Positions 27,368 through 36,483 of a DNA stretch of 64,000 nucleotides are shown here, in pieces. The notes below the pieces were generated by a model. The model saw only the letters and a program-made list of their open reading frames with translations. It was not told the origin of the DNA and did not search any database. The stretch spans positions 2,109 to 66,108 of the forward strand of contig JBEPVD010000002.1 in assembly GCA_041691155.1 (NCBI GenBank), given 5' to 3'. This DNA comes from Candidatus Dormiibacterota bacterium (GTDB taxonomy: Bacteria > Chloroflexota > Dormibacteria > Aeolococcales > Aeolococcaceae). The position numbers were made by a program, and so were the translations under genes. Positions within the stretch are counted from its first letter, which is position 1; each line of letters opens with the position of its first letter.

Positions 27368-28086
27368 GCGGATGGCTCGCCGATCGCATCGTGGTCGTCA
27401 CGGGGGCCAGCCAGGGCATCGGAGCCGCGACCGCTGTCGCCCTGGCGCAGCGCGGCGCGCATGTGGTGGTGACCGCGCGCAACGAGGCGAGATTGGCACA
27501 GGTGCTCGACCAGATCCGTCAAAGCGGCGGTACGGGCAATGCGATTGCCGCGGATCTCGGTCATGAGGGTGCCGGGCACCGCTTGTTCACGGACATCGAC
27601 GCAATCGGTCAGGTCGCCGGGCTGGTCTGCTGCGCCGCGCGGCTCACCAAGGCGTCGGTGGCCGAGACCGGCCAGGACGTGTGGCGCACGACCATGCAGT
27701 TGAATCTGGACGCTGTGTGGGAGTGCTGTCGCGAGGCGTTCTTGAGAATGGCACTGGCTGGACAAGGGGGACGGCTGCTCACCATCGCGTCACTCTCCGG
27801 GGTGTACGCGACCGAGAAGTTCCCGGGGTTGAGCGCATACAACACCTCGAAGTTCGGGGTGATCGGTCTCACCGAGGCGCTAGCGGTGGAGGGGCGAGAT
27901 CTGGGCATTGCCGCGGTCTGCGTCAGCCCGGGCGCCGTTGATACCGATATGCTCCGCGCCGCCAACCCGTCGTTGACTGCGCGTTTGAGTCCCGCCGACG
28001 TCGGTGGACTCATCGCGGACCTCATGGATGGGGCCGGATTCGCCGCCTACAGTGGTGCCAACATTCCACTCTTCTCGAACGGATGA
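27364..28086 (+). CDS. short-chain dehydrogenase/reductase (SDR)
   Basis: VVTGASQGIGAATAVALAQRGAHVVVTAR and catalytic S...YNTSK. ATGA overlaps at both ends (27364, 28083). Confidence 0.85.
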   Translation: MSGWLADRIVVVTGASQGIGAATAVALAQRGAHVVVTARNEARLAQVLDQIRQSGGTGNAIAADLGHEGAGHRLFTDIDAIGQVAGLVCCAARLTKASVAETGQDVWRTTMQLNLDAVWECCREAFLRMALAGQGGRLLTIASLSGVYATEKFPGLSAYNTSKFGVIGLTEALAVEGRDLGIAAVCVSPGAVDTDMLRAANPSLTARLSPADVGGLIADLMDGAGFAAYSGANIPLFSNG

Positions 28087-29330
28087 CCGTCGATTCCATC
28101 GTCATCATCGGTGCCGGAATGACCGGCGGCAATGCTGCCGTCACCCTGCGGGGCGAGGGATTTCGCGGACGGATCGTGCTCATCGGCAACGAAACCGCAA
28201 TCCCATATGGACGTCCACCGCTGTCCAAGACCTACCTGCGCAACGAGGGTGGTCTCGACGGCTGGCTGGTGAAGGACGCGGACTGGTACGCGAGCAACGA
28301 CGTCGAACTGCTCGCGTCGACGACCGCTCGCTCGGTCGACACGCATGAGCGGCTGGTGGCACTCGGCGCGGATGAGCCCATCCGCTATGACCGGTTGCTG
28401 CTCTGCACCGGTGGTCGCCCGCGACGACCGGACATCGCTGGGATCGACCTTCCCGGCGTGCACGTGCTTCGTACCATCGCGGACTGCGACGCCATCAAGC
28501 ATGCGGCGCGTCCGGGGATGCGGGCGGTCGTGGTCGGGATGGGCTTCATCGGTTCCGAGGTTGCAGCGTCGCTGTCGCAGCTCGGCCTCAGCGTCACTGC
28601 GGTGATGAGCGGCGACGCACCCCTGACGAACGTGCTCGGGGACGAGTTGGGGGCTGCGATGGCGAGTATCCATCGCGAGCACGGTGCCGAACTTATTGCG
28701 AATGATCGGGTCGTCGGCTTTGAAGGATCCACATCCGTGGATCGAGCGATCACCAGAGCGGGCGCTCGCATCGACTGCGATCTCGTGGTGGTCGGCGCCG
28801 GCATCGAGCTCAACCTTGATGTCATTGCGCAGACGACCATCGAACTCGACAACGGGATCCTGGTCGATGCTCGTTGCCAGACCAACTTCGAGGACATCTA
28901 CGCAGCCGGGGATGTCGCCAATCAACTGCATCCGCTCTTCGGCCGGGTTCGTGTCGAGCACTACAACAACGCCGAGAAAATGGGCCGTTTCGCGGCGCGT
29001 GCCATGCTCGGCGATCAGCGGCCGTACGACTACGTGCACACCTTCTGGTCGGACCAGTTCGAGCACAGCTTGGAATACGTCGGCCATGCGGTGCGATGGG
29101 ACAACGTTGCCATCCGTGGCGACGTCGCGGAGCGGAAATTTCTGGCCTTCTACATTGAGGACGGCACGCTACGGGCAGTGGCAGGCCTGAATCGCGGCGG
29201 CGACCCCGAACTCGACGAGGGCAGCGAGTTGCACGCCTGCCAGCAGCTCGTCGCCAGGCGCGCGGCGCCGCCCATCGAGGCGCTCTCTGACGAGCGCGTT
29301 GACCTCCGGGAGCTTGCGGGAGCGACCTGA
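28083..29330 (+). CDS. FAD/NAD(P)-dependent oxidoreductase, ferredoxin-reductase-like (pyridine nucleotide-disulfide oxidoreductase fold)
   Basis: IVIIGAGMTGGNAAVTLR...YGRPPLSK, second Rossmann VVVGMGFIGSEVAASL, and AAGDVA. Confidence 0.85.
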   Translation: MTVDSIVIIGAGMTGGNAAVTLRGEGFRGRIVLIGNETAIPYGRPPLSKTYLRNEGGLDGWLVKDADWYASNDVELLASTTARSVDTHERLVALGADEPIRYDRLLLCTGGRPRRPDIAGIDLPGVHVLRTIADCDAIKHAARPGMRAVVVGMGFIGSEVAASLSQLGLSVTAVMSGDAPLTNVLGDELGAAMASIHREHGAELIANDRVVGFEGSTSVDRAITRAGARIDCDLVVVGAGIELNLDVIAQTTIELDNGILVDARCQTNFEDIYAAGDVANQLHPLFGRVRVEHYNNAEKMGRFAARAMLGDQRPYDYVHTFWSDQFEHSLEYVGHAVRWDNVAIRGDVAERKFLAFYIEDGTLRAVAGLNRGGDPELDEGSELHACQQLVARRAAPPIEALSDERVDLRELAGAT

Positions 29331-29452
29331 CAGTCACAGGTGATACGCCGGTGCCGACGACATCGAAGGCATCGCGAGAAATGGCGCGGATAACCGTAGC
29401 CCGAGCACCCGGTACGACGACATCAGCGTCGTCATATTCACAATGTCAGGCT

Positions 29453-30220
29453 GTGGAACATGTCAAATCGGTCGACGGCTGCGCGATCGCCGTCGAGCGG
29501 TCGGGCGACGGACCGCCGGTGGTGTTCGTCAACGGCGCCTTCAGCACCAGAGCGAGCGGTGCGTCGCTGGCAGCGCTGCTGGTCAGCGAGTTCACGGTCT
29601 ACCGATATGACCGCCGCGGGCGCGGCGACAGTGGCGACGCCGCCGAATACGCGGTGGGGCGAGAGGTCGAGGACCTCAATGCAGTGATCGCCGCGGCGGG
29701 CGGCCAAGCGGTCGTGTTCGGTCACTCCTCCGGGGCGGCGCTGACCCTCGAGACCGCCGCGGCCGGCGCCGGCGTGCTCGGGTTGCTCATCCACGAGCCG
29801 CCCTATGTTCCCGGTCCCGGCACGAGTCGTGAGACGGCCGACGAGTTCGCAACGATGGTCGCGGCCGGCCGTCGGAACGAGGTTGCAGATCGGTTCCTGC
29901 GCAACACTGGTATGCCGGTGGAGATCGTGGAGCAGGCCAAGGCGGGGCCCGGCTGGCCTGCGATGGTCGGGGTGGCCCACACCCTCCCGTACGACGTCCG
30001 GATGTGCAATGTCGGAGTGGTGCCGGTGGAGCGCCTCACCCGGATCTCGTGCCCCCTCCTGGTGACGGCCGGTTCCCTCAGCCCCGGCTGGGCGCTCGAG
30101 GTGGCCAAGTCCGTCGCCGCTGCCGTCTCCGGTGGCGAATGGAGGGTGCTCGAGGGCCAAGCGCACAACGTGGCGCCGAACGTGCTGGCGTCGCTCGTGC
30201 GCGAGCGTTTCCGCATCTGA
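29453..30220 (+). CDS. alpha/beta-fold hydrolase
   Basis: VDGCAIAVERSGDGPPVVFVNGAF and nucleophile elbow GHSSGA. Start uncertain: GTG 29453 chosen; ATG 29381 or 29351 are possible. Confidence 0.75.
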   Translation: MEHVKSVDGCAIAVERSGDGPPVVFVNGAFSTRASGASLAALLVSEFTVYRYDRRGRGDSGDAAEYAVGREVEDLNAVIAAAGGQAVVFGHSSGAALTLETAAAGAGVLGLLIHEPPYVPGPGTSRETADEFATMVAAGRRNEVADRFLRNTGMPVEIVEQAKAGPGWPAMVGVAHTLPYDVRMCNVGVVPVERLTRISCPLLVTAGSLSPGWALEVAKSVAAAVSGGEWRVLEGQAHNVAPNVLASLVRERFRI

Positions 30221-30363
30221 ACCAGCGTCGGCCCTCAGTACCTCGGAGTCGGCCGGCCACGCCAGCCAGCGCCCGCGCACCCAGCAGCGGCCGATAGCCC
30301 CGGCGTGCAGAGCCGACCCATCAGATACCGCCAGGCATGCATCGCCCCACCCTTCGCCCGAGG

Positions 30364-30954
30364 TCAGCGACGGCCGCCGAATTCCCAGTCGTAGATCGCG
30401 ACATTGCCGTAGTCGGCGAGTCCAGCCCTTCCCTCACTGAGCAGACCGTTGAGCGCTGCTCGGGTCGGAGCTTGCACGGCTAATGCAACTCCCGCGAGTT
30501 CTTCGCTATCGACGTCTCGCAGCGCTCCGTAGAGAATCAGACGCTCGCGCAGGTGTGGCGCGAGGTCGGCGACCGCTACCGGTCTCGGGTCCCGTGGTCG
30601 GGCTGCGGTCGTCTGCGCGAGGATGAGAAAGCGCGGCTCGTCCGCCGCGCCCGCGAACTGCCACATCGTGCGACCGAGAGAGTTGGTGAATCGCCAGATG
30701 CAATGCTCCTCGAACAGCCCTGCTTGGTTGTATGGCTCGCGGGTCACGAACTCACGTGCGGCGTTCGGGGTGGGCAGGTCGACGACGTGCATGCTGCCGG
30801 ACCATGTCTCGCGGTCAGAACCGAGCGTCGGGCCTCGGGCGGTCATTCCTGCGGCGAATCCGTCCATGTACGACCAATGCTTGTCGTCGAGCTCCGGATC
30901 GTTCGCTGACTCCCTGGCAACGGGCGCGCTGCGGCTGTGGATGAGAAAGTCCAT
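30364..30954 (-). CDS. tandem YCII-related (YciI-like) domain protein
   Basis: Two YCII-like halves (MDFLIHS...REPYNQAGLFEEHCIWRF and RFLILAQ...GNVAIYDWEFGG). ATG 30954 chosen within the 30364..31152 ORF. Confidence 0.7.
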   Translation of the reverse strand: MDFLIHSRSAPVARESANDPELDDKHWSYMDGFAAGMTARGPTLGSDRETWSGSMHVVDLPTPNAAREFVTREPYNQAGLFEEHCIWRFTNSLGRTMWQFAGAADEPRFLILAQTTAARPRDPRPVAVADLAPHLRERLILYGALRDVDSEELAGVALAVQAPTRAALNGLLSEGRAGLADYGNVAIYDWEFGGRR

Positions 30955-31241
30955 GACGGCGGACAATACGTGGACTTCAGACCCGATGCGTTTCGCCGCG
31001 CCGGCGTTTGCCGCCCAGAGGATGGCGATCTGGCCGGCCGCACGTTTGTGCCGGAGCCGCGATTCACAGCCGGCTCCCATTTGCACCTCAGAAAACTGAG
31101 GGGGTTGGCTGACGAGTATCGCTCTATCACCAACTCGATGGAGCACGACCATGAACGCTCTGACCTAGGGCCACCCGCGTCACTCGCGACGACATCCACT
31201 CCGCTCTACCCACTCACAACACCAACTGACAGGAGATCTCC

Positions 31242-31559
31242 ATGACTGACGACATCAACAACGCCTTCCCTCTGCCGCCGCCACTGCCTCCCGCAGTGGA
31301 CAGGCCGCGACGCTTCTCGGGCGCGGGGCGCCGCACCGCAATGGCAGCGACCACCATCGGCCTGCTCACGGGCGCCTTCGCGGGCGGGTTCATCGTGAGC
31401 CATGCGGCAACCACGCCCTCGCCTGCGGCGACGACACCTTCGACCACGACACCCGCGACGGGAACGTTTCACTCGAATGAGAACGCCACGCACGAGTCCG
31501 GTGAGAGCGCTGCGCGCGAAGCGCAAGAGAACGCCGGCCAGGTTCCCACCGTCCCGTAG
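31242..31559 (+). CDS. small membrane-anchored Thr/Pro-rich hypothetical protein
   Basis: AGGAG 7 nt upstream of the ATG, one TM segment (MAATTIGLLTGAFAGGFIV), then a TTPSPAATTPSTTTPATG linker and an acidic tail. Confidence 0.55.
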   Translation: MTDDINNAFPLPPPLPPAVDRPRRFSGAGRRTAMAATTIGLLTGAFAGGFIVSHAATTPSPAATTPSTTTPATGTFHSNENATHESGESAAREAQENAGQVPTVP

Positions 31560-31571
31560 CCAGAGCTCATC

Positions 31572-31602
31572 CAAGGGGGCCGGCGTCGCGCCGGCCCCCT
31601 TG
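31572..31602. terminator. 14-bp perfect GC-rich hairpin between convergent genes
   Basis: CAAGGGGGCCGGCG-tcg-CGCCGGCCCCCTTG read directly, between the 31559 stop (+) and the 31664 stop (-). Confidence 0.6.
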
Positions 31603-31663
31603 ATGCTCCCTGCCAGGCTGGCGCCGGTCGAGTGAAACTTCGGCGCCGCAGCCGGCGCGGCGT

Positions 31664-32626
31664 TCAGGTGGCTCGGACGCGCGGATCGAGCGCCGCGTAC
31701 AACCCGTCGACGACGATGTTGACGACCACAACGAAAGCTGACGTGGCGAGCACAACACCCTGCACCACCGGTAGGTCCTGGCTCTGGACAGCGCCGATCA
31801 ACGCTCTGCCCAGTCCGGGAAGCCCGAAGACCACCTCGGTGATGATCGTCCCCCCGAGAATGGCGGCGAGGTCGACACCGAACTGGGTGATGAGCGGCGG
31901 TGCCGCCGCGCGCAGTGCATGCCCATAGAACACCCGTCGCTCAGAGAGACCCCTCGCTCGCGCCGCGGTGATGTACTCCAGTCCCAGCACATCGAGAAGC
32001 GAGCTGCGTGAGAGACGGACGTAGGTCGCGGCGCTCGCGAAGGCCAGCGTGATCCACGGCAAGATCAATCCGTGTGCCCACTCGACAGGATTCACCTGAA
32101 TGGGCGTCCAGTCCTGGCCCGGGAAGGGGAACAAGTTCAACCAGTGGGCGAAGAGTCCGTCGAACACATAGATGAGCGAAATGCCGACGAGAAAGGTCGG
32201 TACGGAGAGGCCACCGAGGACGAACACGGTAGCCCCGATGGCTCGCCGGCTCCGCGGCCGCCGAGCTGCCATGAAGCCGATCCCCAGGCCGACGGCCAAC
32301 CATATCGCTGCAGCGGGAATGGCCAGTGAGATGTCCACAGGCAGCGCCCTCGTGATGATCGAAGAGACCGGTGTGCCGCTCGTGAACGAGTAGCCGATGT
32401 TGCCGTGAACGATGCGTCCGAAGAAGTCGAGATACTGCTGCCAGATCGGACGCGTCAATCCGAGGCTCACGCGGATTCTCTGGATCATTTCGGGTGTCGC
32501 GCCCCGGCTGACCATCATCTGGGCCGGGTCCTCAGGAACGACGAAGTACAGGATGAACACCAGGGACCAGGTCACCCACAGGGTGACCACACCCTGAACG
32601 GCGCGGCGAATCAGAAAGGGGGCCAT
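31664..32626 (-). CDS. ABC transporter permease, DppB/OppB type (orphan: no partner genes adjacent)
   Basis: MAPFLIRRAVQGVVTLWVTWSLVFILYFVVP... and the EAA-like loop EYITAARARGLSERRVFYGHALRAA. ATG 32626. Confidence 0.85.
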   Translation of the reverse strand: MAPFLIRRAVQGVVTLWVTWSLVFILYFVVPEDPAQMMVSRGATPEMIQRIRVSLGLTRPIWQQYLDFFGRIVHGNIGYSFTSGTPVSSIITRALPVDISLAIPAAAIWLAVGLGIGFMAARRPRSRRAIGATVFVLGGLSVPTFLVGISLIYVFDGLFAHWLNLFPFPGQDWTPIQVNPVEWAHGLILPWITLAFASAATYVRLSRSSLLDVLGLEYITAARARGLSERRVFYGHALRAAAPPLITQFGVDLAAILGGTIITEVVFGLPGLGRALIGAVQSQDLPVVQGVVLATSAFVVVVNIVVDGLYAALDPRVRAT

Positions 32627-32698
32627 CGTTGGAGCGACCCTACCTTGTGGAGTTCGCGACGAGGATGCCAGCGCCGCGCGACCGTGACACACCTGTAA

Positions 32699-32900
32699 AG
32701 CACGCCCTCCACCCCCGGGTCGTCGATCTCGATTCGCGGCGAACTGGCCGTCGCGATCGGGACCAGCCACGGCATGATCCTGCATCACTTCGGATCGCGC
32801 GAGTGGCTCTTTGTCACGGTGACCCAGGCTGTCGAGGACGCCGAGCGAAGGGCGGCCTTCGGTGCGGGATTGGGCGTAGGGATGCCCGACGGTATTGGAA
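32699..32900 (+). pseudogene. TetR-family regulator remnant (HTH fragment only)
   Basis: The frame opening after TAA 32696..32698 reads ...ISIRGELAVAIGTSHGMILHHFGSREWLFVTVTQAVEDAERR, the end of a TetR HTH. There is no intact N-terminus or ligand domain in any single frame. Confidence 0.35.
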
Positions 32901-33005
32901 ACGGATCATTGGGCCGAGCACGCAGCGGCGTGTCGGGATTCGTAGCCTGCCGACATCGGCCGAATGTCGAGGCGCGGCGCCCCGGCATTCCGACCGACGA
33001 ATCGA

Positions 33006-33275
33006 TCAGGCGGCTTGCTTTGCCGCCGTCTTGTTGGTGCGGGTCACGCCAGCGGCATTGATGAGCCGTAGGGTCACTTCCCTCTGGGCATCGAGCACCT
33101 GGTTGACGAAGTCGAACGACTTGTCCACGACCTCCGCCGCGGTTGGCTGGCCGTTGTCGGTCGTCGGCACCGCGCGGGCTGCCTCGATCAGCTTTGCCTG
33201 TGCATCGCCAACGTTCTGCATCGCCGTCACGAACTGCTTCTGAAGCTGGGTGACGTAGGTCTGATAGTCGGTCAT
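33006..33275 (-). CDS. small helical protein (89 aa), possible phasin-like granule protein
   Basis: AAGGAGG 7 nt upstream of ATG 33275. MTDYQTYVTQLQKQFVTAMQNVGDAQAKLIEAAR...DKSFDFVNQVLDAQREVTLRLINAAG is amphipathic and has no Cys or Trp. The function is guessed from PHA-locus context only. Confidence 0.55.
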   Translation of the reverse strand: MTDYQTYVTQLQKQFVTAMQNVGDAQAKLIEAARAVPTTDNGQPTAAEVVDKSFDFVNQVLDAQREVTLRLINAAGVTRTNKTAAKQAA

Positions 33276-33386
33276 GGTCTTGGCCTCCTTGGGTCCCGGT
33301 TGTTGAACGCTGCTTAGTTTACCAAGCACGCGCTACTTTTGTCAACCACGCTCACCATTTGGCACCCCAAGCGGTAGGATTTGATC

Positions 33387-33833
33387 ATGGACACACCTAC
33401 ACCTCCCTTCAAGTCGGTGGGCGACTTCATCCGCTCCCAACGCGAGCTCATGTCCCTCTCCATGCGCCAGCTCGCGGAGATGGCCAAGGTCTCAAATCCG
33501 TACCTCAGCCAGATCGAGCGCGGCGTCTACACGCCCTCGGCGCAGGTGCTGAAGGGCATCGCGGATGCGCTTGACATGTCGGCGGAGCGTCTCTACAGGG
33601 AGGCCGGACTCCTTGACGACGAGATCGAACGACCGGCGCTGAGCGTCGAAGATGCCATTCGCGTTGATCCGCGACTGACGCAGGAAGGCAAGCAGGCGCT
33701 GATGCAGGTGTACCAAGGACTGGTTCGGGCACACGGGCCGGCTTCGGAACCGGAACCGTCGAGGCGTCCACGAGCCACGCCAGCGCGAACCGCGAAGGCC
33801 CGCACGCCCGTGCGCAAGCCGCGTAAGCGCTGA
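33387..33833 (+). CDS. XRE-family HTH regulator with basic Pro/Arg/Lys tail
   Basis: LSMRQLAEMAKVSNPYLSQIERGVYTPSAQVLKGIADAL. C-terminus PSRRPRATPARTAKARTPVRKPRKR. ATG 33387 (TTG 33381 alternative). Confidence 0.8.
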   Translation: MDTPTPPFKSVGDFIRSQRELMSLSMRQLAEMAKVSNPYLSQIERGVYTPSAQVLKGIADALDMSAERLYREAGLLDDEIERPALSVEDAIRVDPRLTQEGKQALMQVYQGLVRAHGPASEPEPSRRPRATPARTAKARTPVRKPRKR

Positions 33834-33894
33834 GTACCCGGATCCTCGAGAACGTCAATGTGCGGGATACGCAGCGCCCGTGCGGTCCGTGTCG

Positions 33895-35658
33895 TCAGCT
33901 GGTCTTTTTGGTATGTGCGCGGCTGCGTGAGCCGGCCTTCTTCGCAGACGTGAAAGGCGGACCGTCCACTCCCTTGACATAGCGCCCCGGCGCAAGCTCG
34001 CCACCCGGAAGCGGCGGAGGCGGCACGAGCTTTCCAGAACGCGCGGACGCCCACGCAACCCAGTCGTCCCACCAACTGCCCGGTACGCGAGCTGCCCCTT
34101 CGCGCCAAGCATCGGCTGAGATGCCGTGTTCAACAGGCGGACCGGTCCAATACCCCGCTTTCGGGTTGCCCGGAGGGTTGACGATGCCGGCGACGTGGCC
34201 GCTTGAGGTCAACGTGTAGCGGACGTCCCCGCCCACGTGCTGACTGATCAGGTACGACCCCTTCCACGGTGCGATGTGGTCGGCCTCCGCGCCCAACACA
34301 TAGAGCGGCTGTGTGATCTTTCCGAGATCGATGGGTGTGCCACCGATGCGAAACGCGCCCGGGCGCACCAGCAGATTGTCGACATAGCACGCACGCAGAT
34401 ACTGCGTGTGCATGGCTGCGGGCATGTTCGTGCTGTCCCCGTTCCATGCCAGGAGGTCGAACGCCGGCGGTGTCTTGCCCATGTACCAGTTGTTGACAAC
34501 ATACGACCAGACGAGGTCATTGCCTCGCAACCAGTCGAAGGTCCGCGCCATCGTCGACGCCTCGAGATAGCCGTTTTTCTCGATGTTCTTCTCGAGGCGG
34601 CCGACGCTCTTGCGGTCGGCGAAGACGCCGAGCTTTCCAGGGACGCTGAAGTCGACTAGCGTGTTGGTGATCGTCATCCATCCGACGCGCCGTACCTCAC
34701 CTCTGGCAGCCAGGTGAGCCAGCGCGATCGTGGACATCGTGCCGCCCAGACAGAGACCGACAATGTTGACCACCGGTGAGCCGGTCAGCGCAGTGATTTC
34801 GTCCAGTGCCGCCATGATACCGAGTCGCAAGTAGTCGTCCCACGTGACCGCAGCCATCGACGCATCGGGGTTGCGGTAGCTCAAACAGAAGACCGTGAAG
34901 CCATGCTGCACCGCGTACTCGATGAAGGATCGGCCAGGCGCCAGATCCATGATGTAGTACTTGTTGATCCACGGTGGGCTGCACAGAATGGGTTGCGCGT
35001 GTACGAGATCGGTTTGCGGCTCGTACATCAGCAATTCCATCAGTTCGTTGCGCATCACCACGCGGCCGGGCGTCGCCGCGAGATTCTTGCCGACGGCGAA
35101 TTCCGTCGTATCGACCTGACGAGGGCGACCCCCGTTATGGATCAGGTCGTCGACGAACTTCCCAGCCCCCGCCACAAGGCTCTTCCCGCCGGTGTCGAAA
35201 GCCTCCTTCAGCACCACCGGGTTTGCCCAGGGCAGATTCGTCGGCGACATCGCATCGAGCATCATCCCCAGAGCAAACCGTGCCTTCTCGCGATGCTCAG
35301 CAGTGGCCTTCGACGTGTCGATCATGTGCTCCGCCCAACGCACCGATTGCAGATAGCTCTCGCCCGCCGCCCGAAAGAGCGGGTTGTGTTGCCACGCTCG
35401 GTCTGCGAATCGCTGATCACCGGGCGCAATCGGGCCATCGTCCCGGAGGCCGAATGCCCTCCGCGCTGCGCGAAATGCGACCCCTGTCTGCCGCGCCGTC
35501 AGATCGCCCGCCCCAGTCGCGAAGTGCAGAGGTCGGCGCAGGGCATCGGTGAAGAACACATCGCGCAACGCACCGCTGAAGTCGCTCGGATCAACCTTGG
35601 CTAGCAACGCTCCGTAGATGACGTCCTCGGTTGCGTCTTCGATCACGACACCGCTCAC
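33895..35658 (-). CDS. phaC: class I poly(3-hydroxyalkanoate) synthase
   Basis: 587 aa, lipase-box-like GLCLGG with catalytic Cys, PhaC N-terminal region, alpha/beta fold. The GTG start overlaps the phaB stop (GTGA at 35655..35658). Confidence 0.9.
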   Translation of the reverse strand: MSGVVIEDATEDVIYGALLAKVDPSDFSGALRDVFFTDALRRPLHFATGAGDLTARQTGVAFRAARRAFGLRDDGPIAPGDQRFADRAWQHNPLFRAAGESYLQSVRWAEHMIDTSKATAEHREKARFALGMMLDAMSPTNLPWANPVVLKEAFDTGGKSLVAGAGKFVDDLIHNGGRPRQVDTTEFAVGKNLAATPGRVVMRNELMELLMYEPQTDLVHAQPILCSPPWINKYYIMDLAPGRSFIEYAVQHGFTVFCLSYRNPDASMAAVTWDDYLRLGIMAALDEITALTGSPVVNIVGLCLGGTMSTIALAHLAARGEVRRVGWMTITNTLVDFSVPGKLGVFADRKSVGRLEKNIEKNGYLEASTMARTFDWLRGNDLVWSYVVNNWYMGKTPPAFDLLAWNGDSTNMPAAMHTQYLRACYVDNLLVRPGAFRIGGTPIDLGKITQPLYVLGAEADHIAPWKGSYLISQHVGGDVRYTLTSSGHVAGIVNPPGNPKAGYWTGPPVEHGISADAWREGAARVPGSWWDDWVAWASARSGKLVPPPPLPGGELAPGRYVKGVDGPPFTSAKKAGSRSRAHTKKTS

Positions 35659-36440
35659 ATCAACAAACCACCGTTCACCGCGTAGATCGCGCCAGTGATG
35701 TACGAAGACTCGTCATCGAGGAGGAAGCGGACTACCCTGGCAACCTCATCCGGCCGGCCGAGCCGCCGCAGCGGCACCTTCTCGATGATGCCGTCGAGAA
35801 TCGGCTGAGGGATGGCCTCCACCATTTCGGTGCCGATGAACCCTGGGGCGACGCAGTTGACGGTGATGCCTTTCCGGGCCGTTTCGAGCGCGAGGCTCTG
35901 CGTGAGACCGTAGAGCGCGGCCTTTGACGCCGCGTAGTTGGCCTGTCCGATGTTGCCGGTCTGGCCGATGACCGAGCTCACGTTGACGATGCGGCCACTG
36001 CCACGTTCGAGCATATGGTCGAGGACGGCCTTGATCATGTAGAACGCGCCGGAGAGATTGACGCGCATCACTGCGTGCCAGTCGTCAACGCTCATCTTCC
36101 GCACGGTCTTGTCGACGGTGATGCCCGCGTTATTCACCAGGAAGTCGACGCGACCGTGGCCGCTGAACACCTCGTCGAATACGCGGTCGCAGTCTTCTGG
36201 AACACCGACGTTGCCCTGATGGATGGAAACGGACCCACCCTCCTCGGAGAGAAGGTCCTGCATTCGTGCCGCCGACTCCGTGTCGCGGCTGTATCCAGCG
36301 GCGACGTGCGCGCCCCGGCGTGCCAAGTCCGCGCTGATCGCAGCGCCGATGCCTCGGGTGCCTCCGGTGACGATCGCCACCTTCCCAGAGAATGATTGAA
36401 CTGGGGCCGTGCGGACGGCTGCCGACTCCGCCACAGTCAT
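35655..36440 (-). CDS. phaB: acetoacetyl-CoA reductase / 3-oxoacyl reductase (SDR)
   Basis: KVAIVTGGTRGIGAAI, NNAGIT and S...YAASKAAL. Coupled to phaC. ATG 36440 chosen (ORF open to 36482). Confidence 0.8.
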   Translation of the reverse strand: MTVAESAAVRTAPVQSFSGKVAIVTGGTRGIGAAISADLARRGAHVAAGYSRDTESAARMQDLLSEEGGSVSIHQGNVGVPEDCDRVFDEVFSGHGRVDFLVNNAGITVDKTVRKMSVDDWHAVMRVNLSGAFYMIKAVLDHMLERGSGRIVNVSSVIGQTGNIGQANYAASKAALYGLTQSLALETARKGITVNCVAPGFIGTEMVEAIPQPILDGIIEKVPLRRLGRPDEVARVVRFLLDDESSYITGAIYAVNGGLLM

Positions 36441-36483
36441 CGTCGAGCCATGGTGGTGGACCAATGGGATAACGCTTTCCAAA

